Positions 19,855 to 29,650 of a DNA stretch of 64,000 nt are shown one piece after another; position 1 is the first letter of the stretch, and every line of letters starts with the position of its first letter. Below the pieces are notes generated by a model, which made no database searches, had not been told where the DNA came from, and worked only from the letters and a program-made list of their open reading frames with translations. Position numbers and translations under genes: made by a program. This stretch comes from Candidatus Binatia bacterium (GTDB lineage Bacteria > Desulfobacterota > Binatia > HRBIN30), in the NCBI GenBank assembly GCA_038245295.1, contig JBBRSP010000029.1:14972-78971 (forward strand), read 5' to 3'.

Positions 19855-20508
19855 TCAGCGATGATTGGCGAACTCGGCAGCGTCATGAGTCGCCTCGAGC
19901 TCGGCAAGCGCCGAGCCCAGCTGCGCCTGGAGCGCCTCGGTATTGTCCGTCGGCACAATCGGTGCGCCGAAGATCAGTCGCACTGCGGCGAACGGCAGTG
20001 GGATCTGAAACCGGTCCCAGGAGCGGTGGAGGATGATGCGGCGACTCGGGATGACGGCTGTCGGCAAGATCGTTGCGCCGGTTCGCTGCGCCAAGGTGAT
20101 CACGCCGCGGTAGACGTGACCGCGCGGCCCACGCGGTCCGTCGACGGCGAGCAAAGCGGGAATCCGTTGCTGTACCAGGACTCCGAGAAGGTCGAGGGCT
20201 TCCTGGCCACCTTTATCGACGCCAGCTTTGCGCGACGAGCCGCGCACGGCGCGGACACGACGCAGGTGTAGACTCGGCGCCAGCAGATCGCCATCGGCCG
20301 AGCGCGATACCATGGCGGCCATGTCCGGCTCGTCGTTGACGAACACCGCGGCAAGCTGGTGCGCGTGTAGGAGTGCGTAGATATAGGGTGTGTTGCCGGC
20401 GCGTAGGGCAGGGCGCGGATCGTTCTCAATGCGATAGCGGCAGGTGATTCGCCAGCACACCAATACCAGGCCCAGGAGCCAGCCGAGCAATAGGTTGAGG
20501 CGCTTCAT
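19855..20508 (-). CDS. DUF374 / lysophospholipid acyltransferase family protein
   Basis: MVSRSADGD, VRGSS, AVDGPRGP, SWDRFQIPLPF. Confidence 0.85.
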   Translation of the reverse strand: MKRLNLLLGWLLGLVLVCWRITCRYRIENDPRPALRAGNTPYIYALLHAHQLAAVFVNDEPDMAAMVSRSADGDLLAPSLHLRRVRAVRGSSRKAGVDKGGQEALDLLGVLVQQRIPALLAVDGPRGPRGHVYRGVITLAQRTGATILPTAVIPSRRIILHRSWDRFQIPLPFAAVRLIFGAPIVPTDNTEALQAQLGSALAELEATHDAAEFANHR

Positions 20509-20592
20509 CGGTCGGTTCCCCTGCTGCGGCTAACCAAGCGTCCGCAGGGAGTAAAGGGTGCGCGCCCCGGTCGGACGGTGTGACGGCCTCGC

Positions 20593-22107
20593 CTAGAAGC
20601 CGAAGTGGATCAGGTCATCAATGTGCTGGCGCGCGTGGTTGGTTCCGAAGTTGGCTTGGTCACGACTCTGCGCATGGATCTCCAGCAATGGTTCGCCCTT
20701 GTGGACAACGTCACCAACCTGTTTGAGCAAGCGAACGCCGGCGGCGACGTTGGCCGGAGCGCCGGCAAGCTTGGCGATGCGCGCGATGGTCCAGCAGTCG
20801 ATCTCGCGGATGCGGCCTTCGTTACCGGCTTCGATCACTTCGCGGAAACGTGCCGGCGCCGGCAGGTCGCGGGCTCCTTGAGCCACCACGATGCGGTTGA
20901 ACGCCTTCTCGGCGGCCCCGGAGTCCAACGCCTCGCGGGCTTGATGGTAACCCTCGCCCTCTTTGGCGCGGCCGACCAGTTCGAGGATGCGAGCGGCGAG
21001 GAAGAGGGACTTCTCTCGGAGGTCGACCGGCGCGGCTGGCAAACGCGCCAACACGGCCAGCACGTCGAGCGCCTCCAGGCGCGGCCCAATCCCAAAGCCG
21101 ATCGGTCCCTTGGCCTCGGTGATAACGATATCGAGCTGCAAGCCGATGTGTTTGGCCACGACCTCGAATAGGCCGCTCAGCCGCTCCGCGTCGGCCAGGC
21201 TGCGCACCTTGGCGCTGTTGCCGACAGGAATGTCGAGAAGCACGTGTGTGGCGCCGGCCGTCTTCTTCTTCGACAGAATCGAGGCGACCATCTGCGCCTC
21301 GGTGTCGATCTCCATCGGACGCTCCACCGTAATCAGGATATCGTCCGCCGGTGCCAAGCCAAGCGCGCCGCCCCAGGCGATACAGGCCCCCGCCTGCTCG
21401 ATGACCTCGTAGAGTCGTTGCGGCGAAAGAGCGACCTCGGCGAGCACACCCATGGTGTCGGCGGTGCCGGCCGGGCTGGTGATGGCGCGCGAGGATGTTT
21501 TCGGCACCGTCAGTCCGAGAGTCGCCAGGATGGGTACAACGATCATCGTGGTGCGATTGCCCGGCACACCGCCGATACAGTGCTTGTCGGGGATCGGAGC
21601 GTGATCGAACGTCAGGCTCGTTCCGGCGGCGATCATCGCCTGGGTGAGCGCCACCAATTCGGTGGCGTCGAGCGTTTGCAGGGCGCACGCCAGGACAAAC
21701 ATGGACAGCTCGACCTTCGAGTAACGGTGCTGCACGACGTCGGCGAAGATTGCGTTGAACGCACCCTCGTCGAGTCGTTGGCCGCGTAGCTTGTTGCGCA
21801 CCAGATCGAGGCTGCTGGGGGCAGGAGCCAGTGTCGCATTGACGCGTGCGCCAATCGCCAGCCCGAGGTCGTGGAAGGCAACTTCGGAGAGGCCGATTTC
21901 ATCCGGCTGGATCAAGTCGTCGCGACAGAAGTTGAGGATGCCGGTAATCTCGCGCGCTTCGCCGTGGCTGCCTTGCCCGTCGACCTGGGCGACGCGGACG
22001 CGATCGAGAGGTCGAAAGCCGAGGTCGCCGGAAGCAACGGCATCCTCATGAATGAAAATGACGTGCTCGCTCAACGTATCGATGCACAGGTGTTTGAGGC
22101 GAAACAT
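20593..22107 (-). CDS. AMP phosphorylase-like / putative thymidine phosphorylase
   Basis: DKHCIGGVPGNRTT, PKTSSRAITSPAGTADT, QMVASILSKK, GIGPRLEA, IAKLAGAP; carries the N-terminal extension of the AMPpase-type subfamily. Confidence 0.9.
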   Translation of the reverse strand: MFRLKHLCIDTLSEHVIFIHEDAVASGDLGFRPLDRVRVAQVDGQGSHGEAREITGILNFCRDDLIQPDEIGLSEVAFHDLGLAIGARVNATLAPAPSSLDLVRNKLRGQRLDEGAFNAIFADVVQHRYSKVELSMFVLACALQTLDATELVALTQAMIAAGTSLTFDHAPIPDKHCIGGVPGNRTTMIVVPILATLGLTVPKTSSRAITSPAGTADTMGVLAEVALSPQRLYEVIEQAGACIAWGGALGLAPADDILITVERPMEIDTEAQMVASILSKKKTAGATHVLLDIPVGNSAKVRSLADAERLSGLFEVVAKHIGLQLDIVITEAKGPIGFGIGPRLEALDVLAVLARLPAAPVDLREKSLFLAARILELVGRAKEGEGYHQAREALDSGAAEKAFNRIVVAQGARDLPAPARFREVIEAGNEGRIREIDCWTIARIAKLAGAPANVAAGVRLLKQVGDVVHKGEPLLEIHAQSRDQANFGTNHARQHIDDLIHFGF

Positions 22108-22119
22108 CGGCGCTGCCTA

Positions 22120-23535
22120 TCAATCCAGACGTACCGTTTCGAGATAACGCGGCACGACAGCTGTCCACTTGAGCTCGCTTTCGATGCCGCGTCGCAACGA
22201 CTCGGCCGGTGCCTCCTCTCCGTGAACGACAAAGGTTGTTTGCGGCGGCTGCGGCGCCGTCCGCAGCCACGCGAGTATCTCGGAGCGATCGGCATGCACC
22301 GAGAAGGCCGGCACGTCGACGATCTCGGCGCGCACGCCGACATAGTGTCCGAGCATCTTGATGGACGCGGCGCCGCTCAGCAGCTGTCGGCCGCGTGTGC
22401 CGTCGGCCTGGTAGCCGACGAGGATCACGGTGTTGCGTTCGTCGGAAAGGCGATTCAATAGGTGGTGCAGTACGCGCCCGCCAGTGGCCATGCCCGACGC
22501 CGATACGATGATCATCGGCCCTTGGCGCCTGTTGATGGCCATCGAATCCTCGACACGTCGAGCCTCGACCAGCGAACCTGGGTCGAAGGGATCGCCATCG
22601 GCGAGCAGCCCAGGTTTGACCTCGGGGCTGCCCGAAGCCAGGGCCTGTCGATATAAGCCGAGGGTCGACAACGCCATTGGGCTATCGACGTAGACGGGAA
22701 TCTGCGGCAAGCGGCCGGCGCGTATCAGGCGGCGCAGATGGTAGAGGACGATCTCCGTCCGATCGACGGCGAACGACGGGATGACGATGACACCACCGCG
22801 TTGGGCGGTGCGGGCGATGGCGCTTTCGAAGTGTTGCAGCGACAGCTCGTCCTCGTGTTCGCGATCGCCATAGGTGGATTCCGTGATGATGATATCGGCG
22901 GCCGGTGGCGGGCTGGGAGGCATAAGGATCGGATGGTTTGGGCGACCGAGGTCGCCACTGAACAGGAGTGAGCGCGATTTACCGTCCGCGAGGCGCACGT
23001 GTGCCATCGCCGAGCCAAGGATATGCCCGGCCGGGTGGAAGACGACACTGACACCGTCGGCGACGATCTGCTCGGCACCAAACGCAACCGGCTTGAAATG
23101 CATCAGCGCGTGCTGGGCGTCCTTCTCCGTATAGAGAGGCAAGGCGGGTGAGTGCTTCGAATAGCCGCGGCGATTGGCGTAGGCGGCTTCTTCTTCCAGC
23201 AGGTAGCCGCTGTCGGGCAACAACACGGCGCACAGGTCGCGCGTCGACGGCGTGCAGTAGACCGGTCCATTGAAGCCGTTGCGAATCAGCGCCGGCACGT
23301 AGCCGGAATGGTCCAGGTGGGCGTGCGTCAGCACCACCGCGTTGATCGTAGCCGGGTCGACGGGGAACGGATCCCAGTTGCGTAAGCGCAGCGCTTTGAG
23401 CCCCTGGAACATGCCGCAGTCGATCAGGACGCGCGCCTTGTCGGTTTCGATCAGGAAGCGGCTGCCGGTGACGGTTCCGGTGGCGCCAAGAAAGCGAAGA
23501 AGTGGAACGCTGGGGCGAGTAAAGGTACTTGTCAT
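22120..23535 (-). CDS. MBL-fold beta-CASP hydrolase (RNA-processing type)
   Basis: FLGATGTVTGS, THAHLDHSG, AGHILGS, SGDLG, ESTYGDR, SASGMATGGR, FSVHAD, VHGE. Confidence 0.92.
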   Translation of the reverse strand: MTSTFTRPSVPLLRFLGATGTVTGSRFLIETDKARVLIDCGMFQGLKALRLRNWDPFPVDPATINAVVLTHAHLDHSGYVPALIRNGFNGPVYCTPSTRDLCAVLLPDSGYLLEEEAAYANRRGYSKHSPALPLYTEKDAQHALMHFKPVAFGAEQIVADGVSVVFHPAGHILGSAMAHVRLADGKSRSLLFSGDLGRPNHPILMPPSPPPAADIIITESTYGDREHEDELSLQHFESAIARTAQRGGVIVIPSFAVDRTEIVLYHLRRLIRAGRLPQIPVYVDSPMALSTLGLYRQALASGSPEVKPGLLADGDPFDPGSLVEARRVEDSMAINRRQGPMIIVSASGMATGGRVLHHLLNRLSDERNTVILVGYQADGTRGRQLLSGAASIKMLGHYVGVRAEIVDVPAFSVHADRSEILAWLRTAPQPPQTTFVVHGEEAPAESLRRGIESELKWTAVVPRYLETVRLD

Positions 23536-24419
23536 TTGAACCCTCGTGAAAGTGGTGCACTGAAGAGCGCGCTACAGTCAATGCGGTTGGTGCGATGCGC
23601 CACGCTATTGCAGGAAACGACGCGACGGATGCCGGCGGCGCGAATGCGTCGAAGGGCATCGGCGGCGAAGATGGCATGTACGACGGCGGCGTCGATTTGC
23701 TCGATGCCGCGCCGTCGCAGTGCACGCGCCGCGACCGCCAGGGTGACCCCACTACTGGCGATGTCGTCGACGAGCACGGCGTGCTTCACCGTTTCACACG
23801 CGGCAAAGTCGATCTCCACACGACGATCGCCAAGGCGGCGTTTGTTGCCAACCAACCACGGCTGCCCGGCGCGTCGGGCAATGGCTCGGACCCACGGCGC
23901 TGATTCGCTGTCCGGACCAACGATGAGAGCACCGGGAGCGGTGTGTTGGATCCATTCGGCGATCGCCGGGGCGGCGGAGATGGAACGGCCGGGGATGACG
24001 GCGCTCAGCGCCGCGATACGATGCAGATGAGCTTCCAAGGTGAGCACGCGGTCGAACCCCTGTCGCAGCAACCCCGCGAACACCTGCTGGGTCAAAGGCT
24101 CGCCAGGATGGAAGACAGCGTCCTGACGCATGTATGGCAGATACGGCGCCACGAGTGTCACCCGTCGCACGCCGCTGCGGCGTAGTGCGTCGGCGGCCTG
24201 TAAAACCTCGATCAGCTTGGCGTTCGGAGCATCGAGGGCACAGACGACGATGGCATGACGTGCCACCGTGGGGTGCACACGTACCAAGGATTCGCCATCC
24301 GGGAAGCGGTGGATGGCAATTGGCTTGGGAGTCGTGCGGAGGCGCCGCGCCAGCTGCGCGCTGAAAGAGCTCTTGTCGGGGAAGACGTGCAACATGAGCG
24401 GCCTCTGCGCGCCAATCAC
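23532..24419 (-). CDS. prs: Ribose-phosphate diphosphokinase-like protein
   Basis: RFPDGES, PYLPYMRQD, VDDIASSGVTL, VVHAIF. Start GTG 24419 (GTGA overlap with esterase stop) or ATG 24395. Confidence 0.88.
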   Translation of the reverse strand: MIGAQRPLMLHVFPDKSSFSAQLARRLRTTPKPIAIHRFPDGESLVRVHPTVARHAIVVCALDAPNAKLIEVLQAADALRRSGVRRVTLVAPYLPYMRQDAVFHPGEPLTQQVFAGLLRQGFDRVLTLEAHLHRIAALSAVIPGRSISAAPAIAEWIQHTAPGALIVGPDSESAPWVRAIARRAGQPWLVGNKRRLGDRRVEIDFAACETVKHAVLVDDIASSGVTLAVAARALRRRGIEQIDAAVVHAIFAADALRRIRAAGIRRVVSCNSVAHRTNRIDCSALFSAPLSRGFK

Positions 24420-25393
24420 GAGGAGAGCGCGCGTACCAGGAGTGGCAGCGAGCGATCGAAACGGTACGAGACGCCGGAGTGGTTGTCGTCGAACTCTTCG
24501 TGGCGGACCTTGATTCCGAGCGCCTTGGCGTGGGCCGCGAAGATACGCGCGCCGTGATGCAAGGCAAACTGATCGCGGTTGCCGCAGTCGAGATAGACCA
24601 GGCGCATGCCGCGTAGCGCCTTGCGATGCGGTTGCAGCATGTCGATCGGATCGAACGTCTTCCAGCGTTGCCAGACGTCGTCGCGCAACTCGCCGGTGTT
24701 CAGGTCGAACGGCACGTCGAAGCCGACCTTGGCGCGGCGATTGGGCGAGTAACACGAGGCCATCGCCAACGTGTTGACGACGGCGTGGAGTCCGCCGGCA
24801 AGGCGCTTTGGCATCTGCTCCCAGGCGCGCAGGAAACGCTCGATGCCGCCGTACGGTTGCAGTCCGTCGAGAGCCTTCGGGAAGTCCGGCAGGTAACAGT
24901 ACTCGAAGTACATGTCGCCCGAGTGCGAAGCGACGGCGTGAAAGACGTCGGGGTACTTCATGCCGAGATAGAGGGCGCCAAAACCGCCGCTGGATTTGCC
25001 AATGACGCCGCGCCGACCGGTGGTGGCGAAGTGTTTATCGACCCAGGGAGCCAGCTCCTTGGCGATGTGGTCGGCATAAGGGCCGGTGGCGGTCGAGTTG
25101 AGGTATTGCGAGCCGCCGTAACGCGTCAGGCAATCCGGCATCACGATGATCGCTTCGCGCATGCGGCGCTCGCCGATCAAGCGGTCGACTCGCTCAACGA
25201 TGTTCTCCGACCACAAGCTGCGCTGCACGTATTGCTCTCCGAAGCCGGTGAAGCCGGCCAGCAGATACAACACCGGGTAGCGGCGTCGCGGGTAGCTCGG
25301 CGGCAGGTAGACGGGAATACGCCGCTGCGTTGGGTCGCCGAGGGGGTTGTGACGCAGAAGCCGGCTGTCGAACTCGAGAATGGTGACTGGCAT
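24416..25393 (-). CDS. Alpha/beta-hydrolase esterase (Fes/FrmB-like)
   Basis: VYLPPSY, YPVLYLL, GGSQYLNS, nucleophile elbow GKSSGG, C-terminal His (DDNH). Confidence 0.85.
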   Translation of the reverse strand: MPVTILEFDSRLLRHNPLGDPTQRRIPVYLPPSYPRRRYPVLYLLAGFTGFGEQYVQRSLWSENIVERVDRLIGERRMREAIIVMPDCLTRYGGSQYLNSTATGPYADHIAKELAPWVDKHFATTGRRGVIGKSSGGFGALYLGMKYPDVFHAVASHSGDMYFEYCYLPDFPKALDGLQPYGGIERFLRAWEQMPKRLAGGLHAVVNTLAMASCYSPNRRAKVGFDVPFDLNTGELRDDVWQRWKTFDPIDMLQPHRKALRGMRLVYLDCGNRDQFALHHGARIFAAHAKALGIKVRHEEFDDNHSGVSYRFDRSLPLLVRALSS

Positions 25394-25459
25394 GATCTTT
25401 CGTTGATTCCTCAGGTGTGTGCGGGGCTCGACGCTGGCCGTGGCGGCGCTGGTTCCGAA

Positions 25460-26173
25460 TTAGATCGACGGCGTGGCAGCATTCCGCAGTCCTTTCAAAT
25501 CGATCAATACGATGGATCCGCGGCCGTATTCCAGCAGCCCTTCACGCATCAATGTTGCCATGGCTTTGCTGACTCGTTCACGCGAGGCGCCGACCATCTC
25601 AGCCAGGTTCTCGTGGGTCAGCGGCAGTTCGATCAGCAAGCCTGTCGCGTTGCGCACGCCGAAGGTGTCGCCGAGGTCGATGAGTGTCATGGCCAGACGG
25701 CCGCGCAGATCAAGGGCGACGCAATGGAGCAACCGCATGCCGAACTTTGCCTGGCGTTCGACGACGCGGTTGAAGAAGCGAATCAAGGTCGTCGAGGAGA
25801 TCTCGCTGGCGATGCGCTCGAAATCGCGGCGGCCGACCTGCGCGACAATCGCATCGGTGAAGGCCTCGGCGGCGCTCCAGCGCGGCCGTTCCGTCTCGAC
25901 AATGGGGAAACCGAAGATGGCGCCCGGATGATGCAGCGCACATAGGATGCGTTGGCCGTTCGGTAGGATAACCGACAGACTGACCTCGCCGGCCAGGACG
26001 ATGAACAACGTACTACGGCTGGTTCCCTGCGGCACGATGGCACCGCCGCGGGCGAAGCTGCGGATGTTGGCGGCGCGCAGCAACGCGTCGATCGTCTCCG
26101 GTGCCAAGCCCCACTCGGTACTCAGACGCTGACGAATCTTGGGGTTAGGAATGAGTTCCTGCTTGTGTGACAT
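25460..26173 (-). CDS. Crp/Fnr-family transcriptional regulator
   Basis: cNMP-binding-like N-domain; HTH LTHENLAEMVGASRERVSK. Confidence 0.92.
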   Translation of the reverse strand: MSHKQELIPNPKIRQRLSTEWGLAPETIDALLRAANIRSFARGGAIVPQGTSRSTLFIVLAGEVSLSVILPNGQRILCALHHPGAIFGFPIVETERPRWSAAEAFTDAIVAQVGRRDFERIASEISSTTLIRFFNRVVERQAKFGMRLLHCVALDLRGRLAMTLIDLGDTFGVRNATGLLIELPLTHENLAEMVGASRERVSKAMATLMREGLLEYGRGSIVLIDLKGLRNAATPSI

Positions 26174-26275
26174 AGGTCACGGACGCCTCCGTCCGCTCTG
26201 CTACTTCACCGGACAAATCGAAGCAACAGCCGGGCGGGACGACCGACAACGGTGCCGCGCCCAAGGAGGAAGAAG

Positions 26276-27430
26276 ATGAGTTCTGCGTTTCCTTTGATCT
26301 CGGCCGACTCCCACATCGTCGAGGCTCCTGACCTATGGACGAAGTGGCTCCCCAAGGAGTTCCTCAAGAAGGCGCCCAAGTTGGTGAAGGACGCCGAGGG
26401 TGGTGACGCCTGGCAGTACCGTCCGGGCACGCCGCCGGTGCCGCTCGGTTTGGTGACGACCTACCCGGGACGCACGTACGAGCAGTTCAAATGGACCGGG
26501 GCGAAGTATGACCAGGTGAACAAGGGCGCCTACATCGGCAGCGAGCGCTTGAAGGAGCAGGACATCGACGGCGTCGACGCCGAGGTGCTCTATCCGTCGC
26601 AACGTACGATGCGTCACTTCATGCTCGATGACGAGCCGGATTTTCACAAAGCCGGCATCCAGGCCTACAACAACTGGATGGCCAAGGAGTACATGGCCGT
26701 CAATCCCAAGCGCCTGATTGGCCTGGCGCAGATGCCGAACCTGGGCGTCGACGAGATGGTCAAGGAAATGCGCCGCGTCAAGAAGATGGGCATGCGCGGC
26801 GTGATCATGTCGAGCTGGCCGAACGGCGGCACCGACATGATGGTCGAAGACTACAAGTTTTTCGGCGAGGCCGAGAAGCTCGGCATGCCGGTGAGCATTC
26901 ACCTCGGCGTGGCTTCGCGAGTCTCCGGCAAGCCGCAAACCAGCACCGGTACGATGGCGGCCGCCGGCGCTCTGAGCTCGGGCGCCAAGACCCTCGTCGG
27001 TTACTCCTGTGCCGGCCTCGACAATATGCCGATCATCATTTCCGAGACGATCTTCTCGGGCCTGTTCGACAAGTTCCCCAAGCTGCAGCTGATCTCCGTC
27101 GAAGCCGGGGCAGGGTGGGTGCCGTACTTCCTGGAGCAGCAGGATGATCGCTACTATCGCAATCGCCACTGGGCGAAGGTGGACCTGAAGCTCATCCCGA
27201 GCGACTACTTCCACCGCAACTGGTCGCTGACGTTCGTGCGTGACGCGTATGGCGTGCGCAACCGTCACGCGGTCGGCCTCAATTCGATGATGTGGTCGAC
27301 CGACTACCCGCACCATATCTGCGATTGGCCGTACTCGCGCCGCGTCGCGCAGGAAATGTTTGCCGGCGTGCCGGACGACGAACGGATCGCCATCTGTTCG
27401 GGTAACGCCAAGGCTCTTTACAAGCTGTAA
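26276..27430 (+). CDS. Amidohydrolase_2 family protein
   Basis: ISADSHIVE, DGVDAEVLYP, SIHLG, EAGAGW, WSTDYPH; AGGAGG RBS. Confidence 0.9.
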   Translation: MSSAFPLISADSHIVEAPDLWTKWLPKEFLKKAPKLVKDAEGGDAWQYRPGTPPVPLGLVTTYPGRTYEQFKWTGAKYDQVNKGAYIGSERLKEQDIDGVDAEVLYPSQRTMRHFMLDDEPDFHKAGIQAYNNWMAKEYMAVNPKRLIGLAQMPNLGVDEMVKEMRRVKKMGMRGVIMSSWPNGGTDMMVEDYKFFGEAEKLGMPVSIHLGVASRVSGKPQTSTGTMAAAGALSSGAKTLVGYSCAGLDNMPIIISETIFSGLFDKFPKLQLISVEAGAGWVPYFLEQQDDRYYRNRHWAKVDLKLIPSDYFHRNWSLTFVRDAYGVRNRHAVGLNSMMWSTDYPHHICDWPYSRRVAQEMFAGVPDDERIAICSGNAKALYKL

Positions 27431-27436
27431 AATTGA

Positions 27437-27470
27437 CGATGGGGGGCGTCGCACGCGACGCCCCCCATCG
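27437..27470 (+). terminator. GC-rich hairpin after amidohydrolase
   Basis: CGATGGGGGGCGTCG-cacg-CGACGCCCCCCATCG, a perfect 15-bp stem just after the stop; no U-tract. Confidence 0.65.
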
Positions 27471-27646
27471 AATCACGCGGCGTCCGCCAGAGATGCCCGG
27501 TTTTACATTTTCCATCATTCCCGTGTATCGCTCTGCCATGACTACCGGGCAGGCACCGACCACGCCTTGGAACTGCCCAGCCCGCAACAAGCTAGAGACA
27601 GCGGGCCTGCAAATCAGTGTCGCTGCCGGAGGATAGGGAGGTTCGT

Positions 27647-28465
27647 GTGCCGGATTTCAAGACGTTGCTCTACGAGGAAAAGAACGGTGTGGCGTGGGTC
27701 ACGCTCAATCGCCCCGACGTTTACAACGCCTTCAATGCGCAGATGCAGCACGAACTACACGACCTCTGGCGCGGCCTGCGGCGCAACGATGATGTGCGCT
27801 GCGTCGTTCTGACCGGGGCCGGTGATAAGGCCTTTTGCACCGGCATCGATCGCGCCGAGACGTTGGGTGAGGGTTCGGACAAACGCGAGAAGACGGTCGG
27901 TGCCGCCTCGACACCATTCATGTTCGATGATCCGGCGGCCAACATCGGGCCGAAGACCTGCGATCTGTGGAAACCGGTCATTGCGGCTGTCAACGGAATG
28001 GCGTGCGGCGGTGCGTTTTACATGTTGGGCGAAGTCGAGTTCATCATCGCCGCTGAGCACGCGACGTTCTTCGATCCGCACGTGACCTACGGCATGACGG
28101 CGGCCTTCGAGCCGATGCACATGCTGCAAAAGATGCCGTTCGGCGAGATCATGAGGCTGGCGCTTCTCGGCAATCACGAGCGCTTGTCGGCCAAACGGGC
28201 CCACGAGGTTGGACTCGTCTCTGAAGTCGTTGCCGCCGACAAGCTACGTGAGGCGACGACCTGGACCGCCGAAGCAATCGCCTCCGCGCCGCCGCTGGCA
28301 ATTCAGGGAACGCTGCGTTCCATCTGGGCGGCACGCGAACTCACCCGCACGCAGGCTCTGGGTATGGGTTACGCATTCATCGGACTCGGCACGAATCGCG
28401 AGTCGATCGCCGAGGGGCAAAAGGCATTCTCGTCAGGCAAGCGCATTCAGTGGAAGTTGCGCTAG
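27647..28465 (+). CDS. Enoyl-CoA hydratase/isomerase family protein
   Basis: TLNRPDVYNA, AFCTGID, KPVIAAVNGMACGGA; GTG start after GGGAGG. Confidence 0.9.
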   Translation: MPDFKTLLYEEKNGVAWVTLNRPDVYNAFNAQMQHELHDLWRGLRRNDDVRCVVLTGAGDKAFCTGIDRAETLGEGSDKREKTVGAASTPFMFDDPAANIGPKTCDLWKPVIAAVNGMACGGAFYMLGEVEFIIAAEHATFFDPHVTYGMTAAFEPMHMLQKMPFGEIMRLALLGNHERLSAKRAHEVGLVSEVVAADKLREATTWTAEAIASAPPLAIQGTLRSIWAARELTRTQALGMGYAFIGLGTNRESIAEGQKAFSSGKRIQWKLR

Positions 28466-28596
28466 GGCGGGCTCCGGTTGGACCGGGCCAAGACCTTCCG
28501 AATCTCCTCGTGAGCGGGGTTTGCCTAAGGGCGCGTCAGAATTCGCGGGAATTTAGTGGTTGAGCGGGCGCGTTGCGGTTGTTAGCTTGCACTCCA

Positions 28597-29346
28597 ATGC
28601 TGCGCGTCGATTTTCACCACCATATCGATACTGACCCGGTCGACGGCCATTTTGTTGCTCATACGGGCGCCGCGCTGATTGATCAGGCCGCCGCCGCCGG
28701 GCTGAATGCGCTGGCGATCACCTGTCACGAATCGATTCCCTACGACGGCGAACTCACACGCTACGCCGCCGAGAAGGGGATCGTCTTGATCAAAGGGATG
28801 GAGGCCAGCGTCAACGGCACCCATGTCCTGCTGATCAACTTCCAAGAGTTCCCCGCGGGCCAATGCACGATGGCAGATATTGCGGCGGCCAAGTCAGCCG
28901 ACTCGTTGGTCATCGCCCCTCATCCGTTCTACCCATCGAAAGTGGCGGGGAGGATCATCCTCGAGGAGCACACCCCGGTGTTCGACGCCGTGGAGTTCTC
29001 CGGGCTCTACACGCCCCTGACCAAGATCTTCAATCGCCGCGCGGTGAACCATGCGCGGCGCTCGTCGTTGCCGGTCGTCGGTAACACTGACACGCACTTC
29101 TTGTGGCAGTTGGGCCGCACCTATACGGAAGTCGACGCCGAACCCAACGCCGCTGCGATTGTCGAGGCTGTCCGCGCCGGTCGAACCCGCCTGGTGACGA
29201 AGCCGCTCAAGTGGACTGACATTTTGCGCTTCGCCGTCGATTCGAAGTCCACCGTGCTGCTGGCGCGCGATGCGCTGATGAATCTTGGTAAAGTCGTGCG
29301 GCGAACCCGCCGCGCCGCCGCCACCACCGCGCCGTCGATCTCGTAG
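28597..29346 (+). CDS. PHP-domain phosphoesterase-like protein
   Basis: VDFHHH, AITCH, GME, APHP, DAVE, GNTDTH. Confidence 0.82.
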   Translation: MLRVDFHHHIDTDPVDGHFVAHTGAALIDQAAAAGLNALAITCHESIPYDGELTRYAAEKGIVLIKGMEASVNGTHVLLINFQEFPAGQCTMADIAAAKSADSLVIAPHPFYPSKVAGRIILEEHTPVFDAVEFSGLYTPLTKIFNRRAVNHARRSSLPVVGNTDTHFLWQLGRTYTEVDAEPNAAAIVEAVRAGRTRLVTKPLKWTDILRFAVDSKSTVLLARDALMNLGKVVRRTRRAAATTAPSIS

Positions 29347-29365
29347 GGCGGTTCGCGAACGGCCC
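29343..29365 (+). repeat. GTAG-family REP-like palindrome
   Basis: GTAG followed by GGGCGGTTCG/CGAACGGCCC, overlapping the TAG stop of the PHP gene. Confidence 0.5.
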
Positions 29366-29650
29366 GGCAATCCGACGATTCGCATTTCCTGAGAACGGAT
29401 GTCGCCGAGCCCACGCCATTGTTCCTGGTTATCAGAATTCGGTGATTGATCCCCCGGCGATCACGGCCGCGACGTCAGTTCACCGACGTGAAACCCCTTA
29501 TTTTTCAAGCACCAGATCGGCAAATCGCCAGAAAACGTTGAGTTTGCGTGGCTAGGTAGGCCTCACCCGGACGCCGAGAGCCCGTCCTGGGGCTTCCTAG
29601 CGCGTTTGCTGGTGCCGCATTTGCTTTGCGTTCCGTCGTTGACTGCCCAG

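Noticed and set aside
28526..28545. TAAGGGCGCGTCAG resembling an IS5-like end
   Set aside because: No partner inverted repeat found.
29366..29650. Search for a small lipopeptide substrate gene downstream of lnt
   Set aside because: No ORF with RBS and lipobox found; only a weak hairpin at 29551-29601.
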